Assembly (NCBI GenBank): GCA_963981035.1
Contig: CAXCCF010000005.1
Coordinates: forward strand, 2,056-66,055
From: an uncultured euryarchaeote
Lineage (GTDB): Archaea; Thermoplasmatota; Poseidoniia; Poseidoniales; Poseidoniaceae
DNA: 64,000 bases
Direction of reading: 5' to 3'
Made by a program: the position numbers and the translations under genes. Numbering within the stretch: position 1 is the stretch's first letter; every line of letters begins with the position of its first letter. Under the pieces are notes generated by a model. That model did no database searches and was not told the origin of the DNA. It was given only the letters and a program-made list of their open reading frames with translations. Below are positions 53,204 through 63,136 of the stretch, piece by piece.

Positions 53204-55795
53204 TTGAACCCGAATGCTTTGGACAATGCAATGGATACTGTCATCATGGAAGAAAAGGTGGCGGGAACGTCACACTATCTACGTCGTGGAGCAATTCCAT
53301 TTTTGGTAATAGCGGGATTGCTAACAGTTGGATTGGCTGCAAACTTGATGTATTCGCCTCCGACTTTTAAAACAGATTTATCTGAATTCGCGCCAGATTC
53401 TGAAAATCAGCAAGCACATCAAAGAATCCATGCTTTTTTTCCAAATGAAACTCGGCCATTATTTGTTCATGTGACTGCTGACGATGGCGGCAATATCCTT
53501 TCACTTGAGAATCTTCAGTTAATGTCTCAGCATTTAGAAATACTACAAAATAGTACTTTAGTCGATGATAATATTCCTGTTTGGACCGCTGCTCCTAGTA
53601 TTGTGCAAATTAGTTTAGATGAAGAAGCAAATGGAACATTGTTGGAAGACATCGAAAGCTGGAATCAAATGATAGATTTAATTTTGGAAGATGATGCAGA
53701 ATGCCGTCTTACTGCTGATGACCAATTGTTAAGTGCTGCAACTTATGCATCTTCTGCATTACTGAATAAGGATTTAGATATCTCTCCTACTTGCTCTTAC
53801 TTAGAGAGTGGAACAGGAGATGGAACGCCAACTTCCTCGTCAACTCTGTGGGTTCTAGAGATAGATCCAGATATGCAAAACCAGTATAGGAAAAAGTTCC
53901 AAGACCAAATGAGAGATGAATTTGCTAACTTATCTGAAAATTCACAATTAACCTATGGTGTTGTAAGCCTTGATTTGATTTCTCATGATATTGACCGAGG
54001 AACATTTGATAATTTGGCGACATTGATAATGCTGGCATTATTGGTAGTGATAATTCTATTATCAATTGCCTTCAGGTCCTTGAGAGGAGTTGTATTCCCG
54101 CTTATTGGACTCTCATCTGCATTGATTTGGACATATGGGTCACTCAATTTAATTGGTACACAATTTAGTGCGCTTGAGGTTGCAGTTGCACCTCTTGTTT
54201 TAGGATTGGGTATTGATTATGCAATACATCTACAGAGAGCATATGTTTCAATTAGCGAAGAATATCCCGAGCCAGCAGAAGCATGGGCACGGGCTTGTAC
54301 AAGGCTTAGTGTACCGCTATTGTTAGCAGTAATTACTACTGTTGCAGCATTCCTTGCCAATATGATATCTCCTTTGCCTCCATTGGCGACATTTGGCTTA
54401 GCATTAGCAATCGGTGTGGTTTGTGCCTTCTTATCTGCAACTCTAGTAGTCGGTTCGTTGCACATTATTTTCGATGCCCCTCTTAGGGACTCCTCAAAAA
54501 AGTCCATCACATTACCTCGTTCCACTGATTTACTGGTAAGAATTCAACAGAAACAACAAGTCCCAGTAATTCTTGTTGCCATCATCATTTCCGGTTTATC
54601 TATTGCAGGAGCATCTACTCTAGAAACTGATTTTGATCTTGCCGACTTTATTGATTCAGATATGGAGATAATGTCTGTTAGAGATGATTTGTCAACATCT
54701 TATGATAGTGCTGGATGGAAGATGGTCTATATCTTAATGGAGCCATTAGAAGGTGAGAATGTAATTCCGGATGATGAGATATTACTGGATCAATTACGAG
54801 GATTACACGCAGATTTGGAATCTAATCACGATGTAGTTGGTACTGACGGGAGAACGTCTTCGCCATCATACGATGGTCCATATGTTGTATTAAGAGATGC
54901 AATTTTGAGAGATTCTTCTTTTGGTGATGCATACAATATGGAAGTATTTGCGGGCGACGTCTTCATGAAAGACCATAACGGTAATCTCGACTTGGGTGCA
55001 GCTTTCTCAAATTTATCTAGTAACCAAACGGTTGCAGATGCACTGAGTGGAAAAACATGGGTTGAAAGAGTGCAGAATACTGTTAATCTTCAAGGCGAGG
55101 ATATTGTTCACCTTAGAACTGAAGTTCGTGTTGAAGCGGCTACATCATCTCAATCAAAGATTGTTGTAGATAATTTTGAAACAATGCTTGGTTCTAATGA
55201 TGAAAGTGGAACACTTCGGGCCACTCTAAGTCAGCATGGACAAATTTACATCACAGGAGATTTGGTAATATTACAAACTGTTTTGGAAGGATTAAGTGAA
55301 AGTCAACTGGAATCAACTTTAATCTCATTAGTTGTTTCAAGTGCAGTATTATTGATATTAACTAGAAGAGTTCTTCCAGCGATAATTGTTCTGTTCCCAG
55401 TCGGATTGTCTTCTTTGTGGGTTGTTGGTTCTATGGCTGCACTCGGGTTGAAATGGAATGTATTGACAGTGATGGTCACAGCACTAACATTGGGTATTGG
55501 GATTGATTATTCCATACATATGTGGAGGAGATTTGAAGTTGAATTAAAAAGAAAAGACAATCATTGGGAGGCACTACGTGCAGCATTGTCTACAACCGGT
55601 GTGGCATTGATTTTGAGTGCCTTAACTACAGCATTTGGTTTCTTAGTACTATTGTTTTCTCCAATGCCTGTAATACAAGATTTCGGGCTGATAACAGCAG
55701 TTACTGTGTTCTTTTCTCTTATTCTGGCTTTGATCTTATTGCCAGTTCTAGTTGAGATTGTAGAGCGTGCAAAAGAATTAGAAGGAACATCCTAG
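53204..55795 (+). CDS. RND-superfamily exporter (MMPL/COG1033-like), second paralogue
   Basis: The signatures GLGIDYAIHLQRAY and GIGIDYSIHMWRRFE lie in the two halves. The track gives a TTG start, and the first ATG is at 53231. Confidence 0.85.
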   Translation: MNPNALDNAMDTVIMEEKVAGTSHYLRRGAIPFLVIAGLLTVGLAANLMYSPPTFKTDLSEFAPDSENQQAHQRIHAFFPNETRPLFVHVTADDGGNILSLENLQLMSQHLEILQNSTLVDDNIPVWTAAPSIVQISLDEEANGTLLEDIESWNQMIDLILEDDAECRLTADDQLLSAATYASSALLNKDLDISPTCSYLESGTGDGTPTSSSTLWVLEIDPDMQNQYRKKFQDQMRDEFANLSENSQLTYGVVSLDLISHDIDRGTFDNLATLIMLALLVVIILLSIAFRSLRGVVFPLIGLSSALIWTYGSLNLIGTQFSALEVAVAPLVLGLGIDYAIHLQRAYVSISEEYPEPAEAWARACTRLSVPLLLAVITTVAAFLANMISPLPPLATFGLALAIGVVCAFLSATLVVGSLHIIFDAPLRDSSKKSITLPRSTDLLVRIQQKQQVPVILVAIIISGLSIAGASTLETDFDLADFIDSDMEIMSVRDDLSTSYDSAGWKMVYILMEPLEGENVIPDDEILLDQLRGLHADLESNHDVVGTDGRTSSPSYDGPYVVLRDAILRDSSFGDAYNMEVFAGDVFMKDHNGNLDLGAAFSNLSSNQTVADALSGKTWVERVQNTVNLQGEDIVHLRTEVRVEAATSSQSKIVVDNFETMLGSNDESGTLRATLSQHGQIYITGDLVILQTVLEGLSESQLESTLISLVVSSAVLLILTRRVLPAIIVLFPVGLSSLWVVGSMAALGLKWNVLTVMVTALTLGIGIDYSIHMWRRFEVELKRKDNHWEALRAALSTTGVALILSALTTAFGFLVLLFSPMPVIQDFGLITAVTVFFSLILALILLPVLVEIVERAKELEGTS

Positions 55796-55798
55796 TTA

Positions 55799-56401
55799 TT
55801 ATCTCACAGCAAGAGCATTAACAATATCTTGCATTTCGATACCCTGTTCCTTTGCCACTAATGCTAGGCACATCCAATTGGTAGCAACCGCGAGAGCTTT
55901 CTGTTTTCTGTTGGCTCTACGCTCAACTTCAGCAATTTCAATTTTGGAGGTTTTGGCGATGAATTTTGTCAATCTCTTGGCTAATTTCACTCTAGGGTCT
56001 GCTGAATCAATCTCACTTTCCGTGGTTTTTGGTTTCACAACAGCAACAGCAATTGGAGTACTTTCGACAATTTCTTCTACACTGGTGACACCATCGAGTT
56101 GAACTGGTATTGGATTAACTAATCGAGTGGGCCTTGGAAACCAGCCGAGAGGGGCGGTAATACCTGTTATGTCAATACTAGGTGTGAGAGCATTTTCTTC
56201 TCCTGTTAACCATCCTGCAGAGATTAATGATTGAACTGCAATTTCAGCATCATTAGGCGACAACCATTCCATGTCAAGCGACAATATTCTCTCAACATCT
56301 ATTGAATCAAGTGCCTTCCCATCGCGAAAACAAATGGCGAGGACTCTACGGATATCCTCCATATCTTCGGCCCCCATGGAATACTGATGAATGGCCGACA
56401 T
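55799..56401 (-). CDS. Conserved archaeal hypothetical protein (possibly DUF2240-like)
   Basis: A 200-aa ORF. The N-terminal segment VERILSLDMEWLSPNDAEIAVQSLISAGWL is wHTH-like. The family name is recalled from memory only. Confidence 0.35.
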   Translation of the reverse strand: MSAIHQYSMGAEDMEDIRRVLAICFRDGKALDSIDVERILSLDMEWLSPNDAEIAVQSLISAGWLTGEENALTPSIDITGITAPLGWFPRPTRLVNPIPVQLDGVTSVEEIVESTPIAVAVVKPKTTESEIDSADPRVKLAKRLTKFIAKTSKIEIAEVERRANRKQKALAVATNWMCLALVAKEQGIEMQDIVNALAVR

Positions 56402-56429
56402 TCAATAAGTTGAGGGACGAAATCGGTAT

Positions 56430-59400
56430 TCATTCTATGCGAGTGAAAGATTTATCCTCATTCAATAACCACTTTCCACAAGTTTCACCAGAATAATATG
56501 TAGCATCAGATGAATAATCATATTCGCCACCTCCTGGTAATTCAGACCAATCAGCAACAGTGGTTGATATTGGATTCAATGTTGTTTGAGTTGCCTCTTC
56601 AGGGCTTTCAGTGTTTTCTGTAATAAGTGAATCAAGAGCGCCAAAATGTGCAGCAGCGGTAGCCTGTAAATCTACCTCAGGTTGTTCTAATGCCGCAGTT
56701 TGTGAAATATTTGGAGGGCCGCCAGATGGTCCAGATGAAGATTTCACTCCAGGTGGGCCGTTTTTCGGCTTTGGCTTGCCAGGTGGCCCACCAGATGGTT
56801 TTGCCTTACCCGGAGGCCCTTTTTTGGGCTTGGACTTTGCATCAATCGCCGGTGGCTCACCTTTCGTAGAATCACTATTTGATTGATTGACAAGTTGATC
56901 TAAATTTTCTTTTCTTTTGCTAAGATATATTGCTGCACCGATAAGTGTAGAAATACCACCGCCAGCTAGTGCTATTGTGATGGTTGAAAATCCTTGTTCC
57001 TCTCCAGAATATTCCTTTGTCCATACGTTGTTCTCTTCATCCAATTCCCAAATTAATTGTTCATCATCAACTGAAATTAACAGGGTCCATTTTCCTTTTG
57101 GAACAGTGATTCTAGAGTTCATTATGATTGCAGTATTTTCTCCTAAATTTTCCTGTAATAGGCGGCCAACCATCGTTTTCTCATCATTTTGGACAACGAA
57201 TATGCTCAGATTAAAAGGGCTCTGAATTTTCTCTCCACCATTAATTAATTGAACTTTAATTGATAACTTGGAACCCGCCACAGCATCTCCAGATACACTG
57301 ATATCTCCTAATTCCAAATCAGGCCCAACATCGTTCAATGTACTTACTAGCCAAGGTGATAATTGACTATTTCCTTCAACAGAATCTAGGGGCCAACCGG
57401 AGTCATCAAAACCTTCGGCCCAGCACGCAAGTTGTGCTTGATTAGACAATTGTGAAGGGTCACCCGAATTACTGAAATCAAAATTGAATGCAAACATTGT
57501 CTTTCCATCGAATATAGTACTTGGTCCACGCGATAGAGTGATTACTTCCCAAGTTTCACCGGTTGACCTTACTTGGCACGATAATGATAAATTAGAACTC
57601 CAAGATTGGGGTTCATCAATATTTATTCCAATTTCTACTTCGTCAAGATGATATCTTGAAATTCCACTTGTTAATTGTGATTGCAAAATTATTGGTGCAT
57701 CAGCATCAACTACAATATTTGGCAAAGGAATTTCTAGTAATTTGGTGACATCAAGTGGATCCCAAATGCTGATTTTTGCATCATTTATTAGTCCACTTTC
57801 AATCGGTGTTGGAATTGATAATAGTAGTATCCCATCAACAACTTCAGCAGTTAGTCCACCCTGCCATCTTTCAGTCTGAATTTTACCATACCAAATAACT
57901 CCCAGTTGCCCATTGTAATCTGTGTCGGAAATCAGATGCTTTACTGAAGCCTCAATCTCTATTCTATCGCCAGCCATCAATATTGGTGACTCTCCCAAAG
58001 TTCCATTGACCCTTCCAGTTACATCCATCAAACTTTGGAATTGTACATCTAATGCTCTTTCAAGTGACCATTGGCCTTCATGTGAAATACGTATTGCTCC
58101 ATCATAATCTCGGACAATCACATCTAGTTGGCCTGTAATTAGTCCAGCATTTGTTAATGTCCAATCAACAGTAGCCCACATTTGAACAGTCATTTCATCA
58201 CCCGAAATAGTTACAATACAATCAGAAGATTCAACAAATAATCTAGCATCCAATGAACTACAAATCCCCTCGTGAGGCAAATATTTGATGCCGAGATTTG
58301 AATCTCCTCCCAGTTCAATTTTGAATTCACTAAGGTCTTCCATTTCATTTGAATCGCTTGCGGTTATTTCCCAACCAATTCGGCGTGTAGGTTCAAATCT
58401 TTGTCCATTGGTGAAATTTTCTCCTAAAGCAATAATTTCGCTGATTACCGCTTTTTGCGGTTGGCGGCTATGCCACCATGAAGTTCCATTTTCAGCAGCA
58501 ATAATCGGTAATGAATGGCCCGAAATATCTGCCCCACTAAGTAATGTGCGTACGATTTGATGGTCGGAATTTACGCTATCATTAACAGTCATATTAAGGA
58601 ACCAAATATTGCCAATATTTACTATTGAGAAATTTCTTTGTTGATATTCACCAATCTGAGCAATACCATCTAGAGGATTGCCATTTGTTCCATCTGAAAT
58701 TCCCTCAAACCAAACATACATTTGAGTCGTGTTCAGTGTGAATCCACCAACATCATAAATTTGCACTCCAAATAATCTATTGGCATCTTTGTTTATGTAT
58801 TCTCCATTTGTAATAGTAGTAGATAGAAGAATTGGAACTTCAATATTTAGAACAAAGTCATGAGATGTCTCATCAACATTTAGTATCAAGTCATCCAAAG
58901 TTGTTGCTTCAATCCAAATGCTCGATTTTCCTGAAACATTTTCCGGCAGAGTATATTCAATCACGGTATCCTGGCCAATGTTTAGGATAAACCAACTTGT
59001 TGTTGCATTATTCCATACTTCCTCTCCTTCTTCAGTCTGATTAAATTCTATAATGTCTAGATGAACTCTCGCTTGAATCGTTCCAGATAATAGTTGGCTT
59101 CCCGAAGTAGTGAAATAATTTTCAACTGTCAATGATAGTTTAGTCAATTCTGGAACGACCTCATCTTCTTGTAAAGTGTAATTGCCCGTACTTGTAAAGT
59201 CTGCAGTTACTGATTTGACTCGTACATCAACTTCTTTGTCAATATCTATTGGTGTAGCATGAATATATGTTGTATTTCTAAGACCGATCGTTTTGACCTT
59301 GACTAATACATGATCTGTTGCAAGGCCTTCATCCAAAGAAAATTGCCAGTCCATCGTTGTTCCATCTTGATTAATCAATCCTTCTTGAACAGATGTTTGC

Positions 59401-61211
59401 TGAGTAAGTAGCATTGAATCAGGGTCGTCCACTGTATATGTTGCACTATCTTGTGTCCAAGTAATAGTGGTCCATTGAGAAGTAGCTTCCTTGAAACCTT
59501 GTGAGTTTGCAGAGACAATTGATAGTTGATATTCTGCGGTATCTGTATATGCATGGTGATGTGTTGTAAAGGTTACAGGTGCAGCATTTGGATGCATTGT
59601 AGTAGGGATGGTAGAGGTTATTGCCACATTTTCACTAATAATTTCTACATTGTCTAAATCAGGAGTTGACCAATTTTCCATAGCAGTTGTTGAATATTTT
59701 ATTCTATATTGCATGAATGAAGTATCTTCGCTCAAAGTGCTGAGTGAATGATTTGCTATTCCAACAAATTCAGGAATACTTGCATTAGTTCCAATAGGTT
59801 GCCAAGTATTCATTCCTACGGCAACAGCATCAGATCCAGATTTGTATTGCATCTGCAAGTCTGTTCCATATGGTGTTGAACCATCGAGTGTCATCCATAA
59901 AGGAGTTGCAGTTCCTTGAGGCATATATCTAAGGTCCACAGGAAGAGATGTTATCCATCCTTCATGCTCAGCAGGATTTTCAAAATATTCTGTTTCAGCA
60001 AGATAGTTAGCACCCCATGATGAAAATCTGGTTGACGAAGTATCTCCACTAGCGTACATTATTGCACCGCCTCCTGAAGCGATTGTAGAGTCGTACATGC
60101 CGATGACAAATGTATGTAGTAATCTCCAAGTTTGTTCTACTGGATTATATCCGTACATCTTCTTACTTGCGATTCCACTCCACGTTTGGCTCTCATAACC
60201 GCCAATAAAAATGATTTCATCATTAAACACCGTTGCTGAATGTGCTGCGAGTTTAATTGGTAGGTCACTCAAATTTGTCCAAGTGTCGGTAGCAGGGTCA
60301 TAGACTTCAGTTCTATTAGAATCAATAATTTCAGTCAAATTGGTGACAGCGTTTTTCTCTTCAGAAACTCCCCCAGTGGCGTATAATTTTCCATGGAAGG
60401 CGGTTAATGTAAAAGAATGTCTTTTGTAATTCATGCTTGATAATTCAGTCCAATTATCTGTTACAGGATCGTATCGCAATAACGTATCAGTTAGGTCCAA
60501 GCGATTTTGTCTATTGACTCCACCTGCAACATAGAGATATCCATCAAGAGCATCAACTCCAGCCAATCCTACCTTTTTACCAGTGGGCATTGATGACTTC
60601 ATAGTCCAGTTCCCAGTATTCATGTCGTATGTTTGTAGTAATCCGCTAGACCTTATGGTAGGACTAGCAGTGGGGTGATAGTCGCCAGCAAGATAGATTT
60701 TACCGCCTATTTGTGCACAACCTGCATATTGTTGGGTCTCATTCAGCATTGAAGTAGAAAAACTCCACGTACCCGCAGAGACATCAAACACTTCCACAGC
60801 AGATGTCGGGCCCTCGTCATTGTTAGCAGTTGGATTTGGGTCAATTCTTCCCCCCATCATCCATATTTCATTTGTTTGTTCAAGATACACGGAACATGCA
60901 CCGGTACGAGGGAACATCAATCCATTGGCATTAGTTGCTCCCCACTGGATATCAGGCCGACTTAATTTTGCCTCTCCAGTAACATTGATCACCGATGTAT
61001 TTTCATGCAGAAATCCATTGCTGCTATTAAAATCATTATTTGAGTGAGATATGTGCATTGGAGTCTCATTCGGAATAAAGGAATATGAATTATCTGCAGT
61101 GATCATAGAAGAACAAGAAGAAGTCAACAAAATGATTAGTAGAATCAAAACAACTCCATTATTGCTTCTCAAACCTTTCTCCATACTTGAGGGGGTAATC
61201 ACCTGCTTCAA
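56430..61211 (-). CDS. Giant (1593 aa) surface protein with N-terminal Kelch-type beta-propeller, Ig-like repeats, TM anchor and Pro/Gly/Lys-rich cytoplasmic tail
   Basis: A signal-anchor segment VVLILLIILLTSSCS is followed by Kelch blades (MMGGRIDPNP, IGGKIYLAGDY, LDGYLYVAGGVN, FHGKLYATGGV, FNDEIIFIGGY, each followed by YDxxxxxW). A CARDB-like module lies near the TM helix ITIALAGGGISTLIGAAIYL. The 163-aa tail contains GPPGKAKPSGGPPGKPKPKNGPPG. Confidence 0.85.
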   Translation of the reverse strand: MKQVITPSSMEKGLRSNNGVVLILLIILLTSSCSSMITADNSYSFIPNETPMHISHSNNDFNSSNGFLHENTSVINVTGEAKLSRPDIQWGATNANGLMFPRTGACSVYLEQTNEIWMMGGRIDPNPTANNDEGPTSAVEVFDVSAGTWSFSTSMLNETQQYAGCAQIGGKIYLAGDYHPTASPTIRSSGLLQTYDMNTGNWTMKSSMPTGKKVGLAGVDALDGYLYVAGGVNRQNRLDLTDTLLRYDPVTDNWTELSSMNYKRHSFTLTAFHGKLYATGGVSEEKNAVTNLTEIIDSNRTEVYDPATDTWTNLSDLPIKLAAHSATVFNDEIIFIGGYESQTWSGIASKKMYGYNPVEQTWRLLHTFVIGMYDSTIASGGGAIMYASGDTSSTRFSSWGANYLAETEYFENPAEHEGWITSLPVDLRYMPQGTATPLWMTLDGSTPYGTDLQMQYKSGSDAVAVGMNTWQPIGTNASIPEFVGIANHSLSTLSEDTSFMQYRIKYSTTAMENWSTPDLDNVEIISENVAITSTIPTTMHPNAAPVTFTTHHHAYTDTAEYQLSIVSANSQGFKEATSQWTTITWTQDSATYTVDDPDSMLLTQQTSVQEGLINQDGTTMDWQFSLDEGLATDHVLVKVKTIGLRNTTYIHATPIDIDKEVDVRVKSVTADFTSTGNYTLQEDEVVPELTKLSLTVENYFTTSGSQLLSGTIQARVHLDIIEFNQTEEGEEVWNNATTSWFILNIGQDTVIEYTLPENVSGKSSIWIEATTLDDLILNVDETSHDFVLNIEVPILLSTTITNGEYINKDANRLFGVQIYDVGGFTLNTTQMYVWFEGISDGTNGNPLDGIAQIGEYQQRNFSIVNIGNIWFLNMTVNDSVNSDHQIVRTLLSGADISGHSLPIIAAENGTSWWHSRQPQKAVISEIIALGENFTNGQRFEPTRRIGWEITASDSNEMEDLSEFKIELGGDSNLGIKYLPHEGICSSLDARLFVESSDCIVTISGDEMTVQMWATVDWTLTNAGLITGQLDVIVRDYDGAIRISHEGQWSLERALDVQFQSLMDVTGRVNGTLGESPILMAGDRIEIEASVKHLISDTDYNGQLGVIWYGKIQTERWQGGLTAEVVDGILLLSIPTPIESGLINDAKISIWDPLDVTKLLEIPLPNIVVDADAPIILQSQLTSGISRYHLDEVEIGINIDEPQSWSSNLSLSCQVRSTGETWEVITLSRGPSTIFDGKTMFAFNFDFSNSGDPSQLSNQAQLACWAEGFDDSGWPLDSVEGNSQLSPWLVSTLNDVGPDLELGDISVSGDAVAGSKLSIKVQLINGGEKIQSPFNLSIFVVQNDEKTMVGRLLQENLGENTAIIMNSRITVPKGKWTLLISVDDEQLIWELDEENNVWTKEYSGEEQGFSTITIALAGGGISTLIGAAIYLSKRKENLDQLVNQSNSDSTKGEPPAIDAKSKPKKGPPGKAKPSGGPPGKPKPKNGPPGVKSSSGPSGGPPNISQTAALEQPEVDLQATAAAHFGALDSLITENTESPEEATQTTLNPISTTVADWSELPGGGEYDYSSDATYYSGETCGKWLLNEDKSFTRIE

Positions 61212-61356
61212 TTAATTTGTTGATTGCTGTTTTGGAAAATAATGCAAGAATTGGTGATAGACTTAATAATCAGTTGCCAATATATGTCTATGCTAAATGA
61301 AGAGAGCATTACTGCCATAGGTTCAAGCCTGTGGTGCTAATGCGGGCATAATAGGG

Positions 61357-62748
61357 GTGTTAGATTTGTCTCGTGAATACATCGCAAGGGACCCAAGAAC
61401 TGGGTTGCCACTAAATGTGGGAAACAAGAAGAAATCTAGGAAAAAAGTACTCCAGAAAACCGAAACTGGTCCATGGCAAGGATTGCGTAAGCAAGATATT
61501 ATTCCTTTGGCCAAAGGAGATATCAAAACTGCAAAATCTGTTTGGACTGATAAGGATTATCAATTGACTCAAGCCGATGGAGTCAGAGCATTACAAATGC
61601 TCAAAGGATTTGCTTCAAAAGAAGCTCATAAGGTACTATTAGTTTCATTTGAAAATGACGACCCAGCAATCCGGATTGCTGCCTTAAAGGCACTACCGGA
61701 AGTAGCGATTCAGAAGTCGGATGAAATGTTTGATTGGCTAAGTGTTCTCCTTGACGATGATGATGTAAATGTCAGTATGGCTGCGAGTAAAGCGCTTGTG
61801 ATTTCGGCACCTGTTTTCCCTTCAGCAGTTGAAACAATCTTGGTTAATGAGTTGCGTTCACCGATTGATTTCCGTCAAAAAAATGCCTGGGAGGCATTGA
61901 AAGGATTGTCAGAAACTTGGCCTGAAGTAGTCTGTATTCATATCGATAGTCTAATGCTTGAAACGGATGAAAAAATCCGAATCAAGGCATCAAAATTATT
62001 GCGTAAGGTGATGAAAAAGGGTGGTTCATCTGCCTGGGATTTGGTGTCATGGGCACTTAATGATGAAAGTGATGAAGTTCGTAGAATTGCGGCCAAAACA
62101 TTACCAACATTGGCAAATCATGAGCCAAGAGTTGCCACTTTATTTGCCGAGAGAGCAATGGTAGACATAGATCCAGCAGTCCGTATTTCTGCGATAAAAG
62201 CAATTCAAAACTTAGACAAGGATAACGGCAGGGCTCAAGACATCGTTCTTTCAGGAACCCGAAGTAAGGACTTACAAGTTCGTATTGCTTGTATCAATTT
62301 ACTACCACGACTATTGAGCGAAGATGTATTGCGTGTAACCGCTGAAGAATTGCTCCGTACTGAAAAGAATAGTCAACTGATAAAGAGCCTAAAAGAAATG
62401 GTATTCGATGCAGAGATTGAGGGTACGGAGGCACAAAAGAATAGTTACCTTGCAGCAGCACTACCGGTGCCTCAAATAGATCGTGAAATTGCAGAATCTC
62501 AAGGCAAACAAATTGGATTAGAACCGCTTCCATCCGAAAAGAAAATTACGGAGGAAATTAGTGAGAAGCCGGACCATTTGTTAACCGATGCTGAAAGAGT
62601 TCAGAAAATGATTGAAATGAATGAACGCATCAAGAAAAAGGAAGCCGAGAGGAAAAATGCATATCGTTCCTTTTCACAAGATGAAGTCTATGGATATGAT
62701 GATGATTTTGCACCAGATTTTGATTCCGAAGATGGTTCTGAATTTTAA
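61357..62748 (+). CDS. HEAT/PBS-lyase-like repeat protein with acidic C-terminus
   Basis: The D(P/x)xVRxxAxxxL repeat recurs as DPAIRIAALKAL, DVNVSMAASKAL, DEKIRIKASKLL, SDEVRRIAAKTL, DPAVRISAIKAI and DLQVRIACINLL. The start is GTG. Confidence 0.7.
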   Translation: MLDLSREYIARDPRTGLPLNVGNKKKSRKKVLQKTETGPWQGLRKQDIIPLAKGDIKTAKSVWTDKDYQLTQADGVRALQMLKGFASKEAHKVLLVSFENDDPAIRIAALKALPEVAIQKSDEMFDWLSVLLDDDDVNVSMAASKALVISAPVFPSAVETILVNELRSPIDFRQKNAWEALKGLSETWPEVVCIHIDSLMLETDEKIRIKASKLLRKVMKKGGSSAWDLVSWALNDESDEVRRIAAKTLPTLANHEPRVATLFAERAMVDIDPAVRISAIKAIQNLDKDNGRAQDIVLSGTRSKDLQVRIACINLLPRLLSEDVLRVTAEELLRTEKNSQLIKSLKEMVFDAEIEGTEAQKNSYLAAALPVPQIDREIAESQGKQIGLEPLPSEKKITEEISEKPDHLLTDAERVQKMIEMNERIKKKEAERKNAYRSFSQDEVYGYDDDFAPDFDSEDGSEF

Positions 62749-62857
62749 TAATCATTAGGCCAATTTTGCTTACAGTGCTTCCTTTTTGGTAACAATAAAA
62801 TCCGACACCGTTAAGAGGGGGGGGTTAGTGGCCCGAACGCTAAAGAGGTGTGTTATC

Positions 62858-63073
62858 ATGAGTGATTCTCCGTTCAACGACAAAGAAGAGCAATTTGACA
62901 GGCTATGGGACGGTATGACCCCTAAGGGAATTAACCGCAACAAGTCATTGAAATTTAGACAATACATTCTCGAGCATGTCCGCCAAACACGCCGCCCAAT
63001 GAATAGAGAAAACGCTCTAAAATATTGGATGGGCGATTTACAAAAGGAAATCGCAGAAGCGGATAATTACTGA
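62858..63073 (+). CDS. Hypothetical small protein
   Basis: A 71-aa ORF starting at MSDSPFNDKEEQF. AGAGGTG lies 8 nt upstream of this ATG. The track ORF starts further upstream at 62786. Confidence 0.45.
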   Translation: MSDSPFNDKEEQFDRLWDGMTPKGINRNKSLKFRQYILEHVRQTRRPMNRENALKYWMGDLQKEIAEADNY

Positions 63074-63136
63074 TTTAGTGCTGAGGACTCTCACTCCGTA
63101 TAGAGGGTCCAACCCAAATTAAACGGAGATAATAGA

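Noticed and set aside
56611-56886. Gly/Pro-rich plus-strand ORF and repetitive GGNCC(A/T)CC DNA, considered as a tandem repeat or array
   Set aside because: It is the antisense image of the GPPGK-repeat cytoplasmic tail of the 1593-aa protein. The repeats are short, imperfect and in-frame, not spacer-separated.
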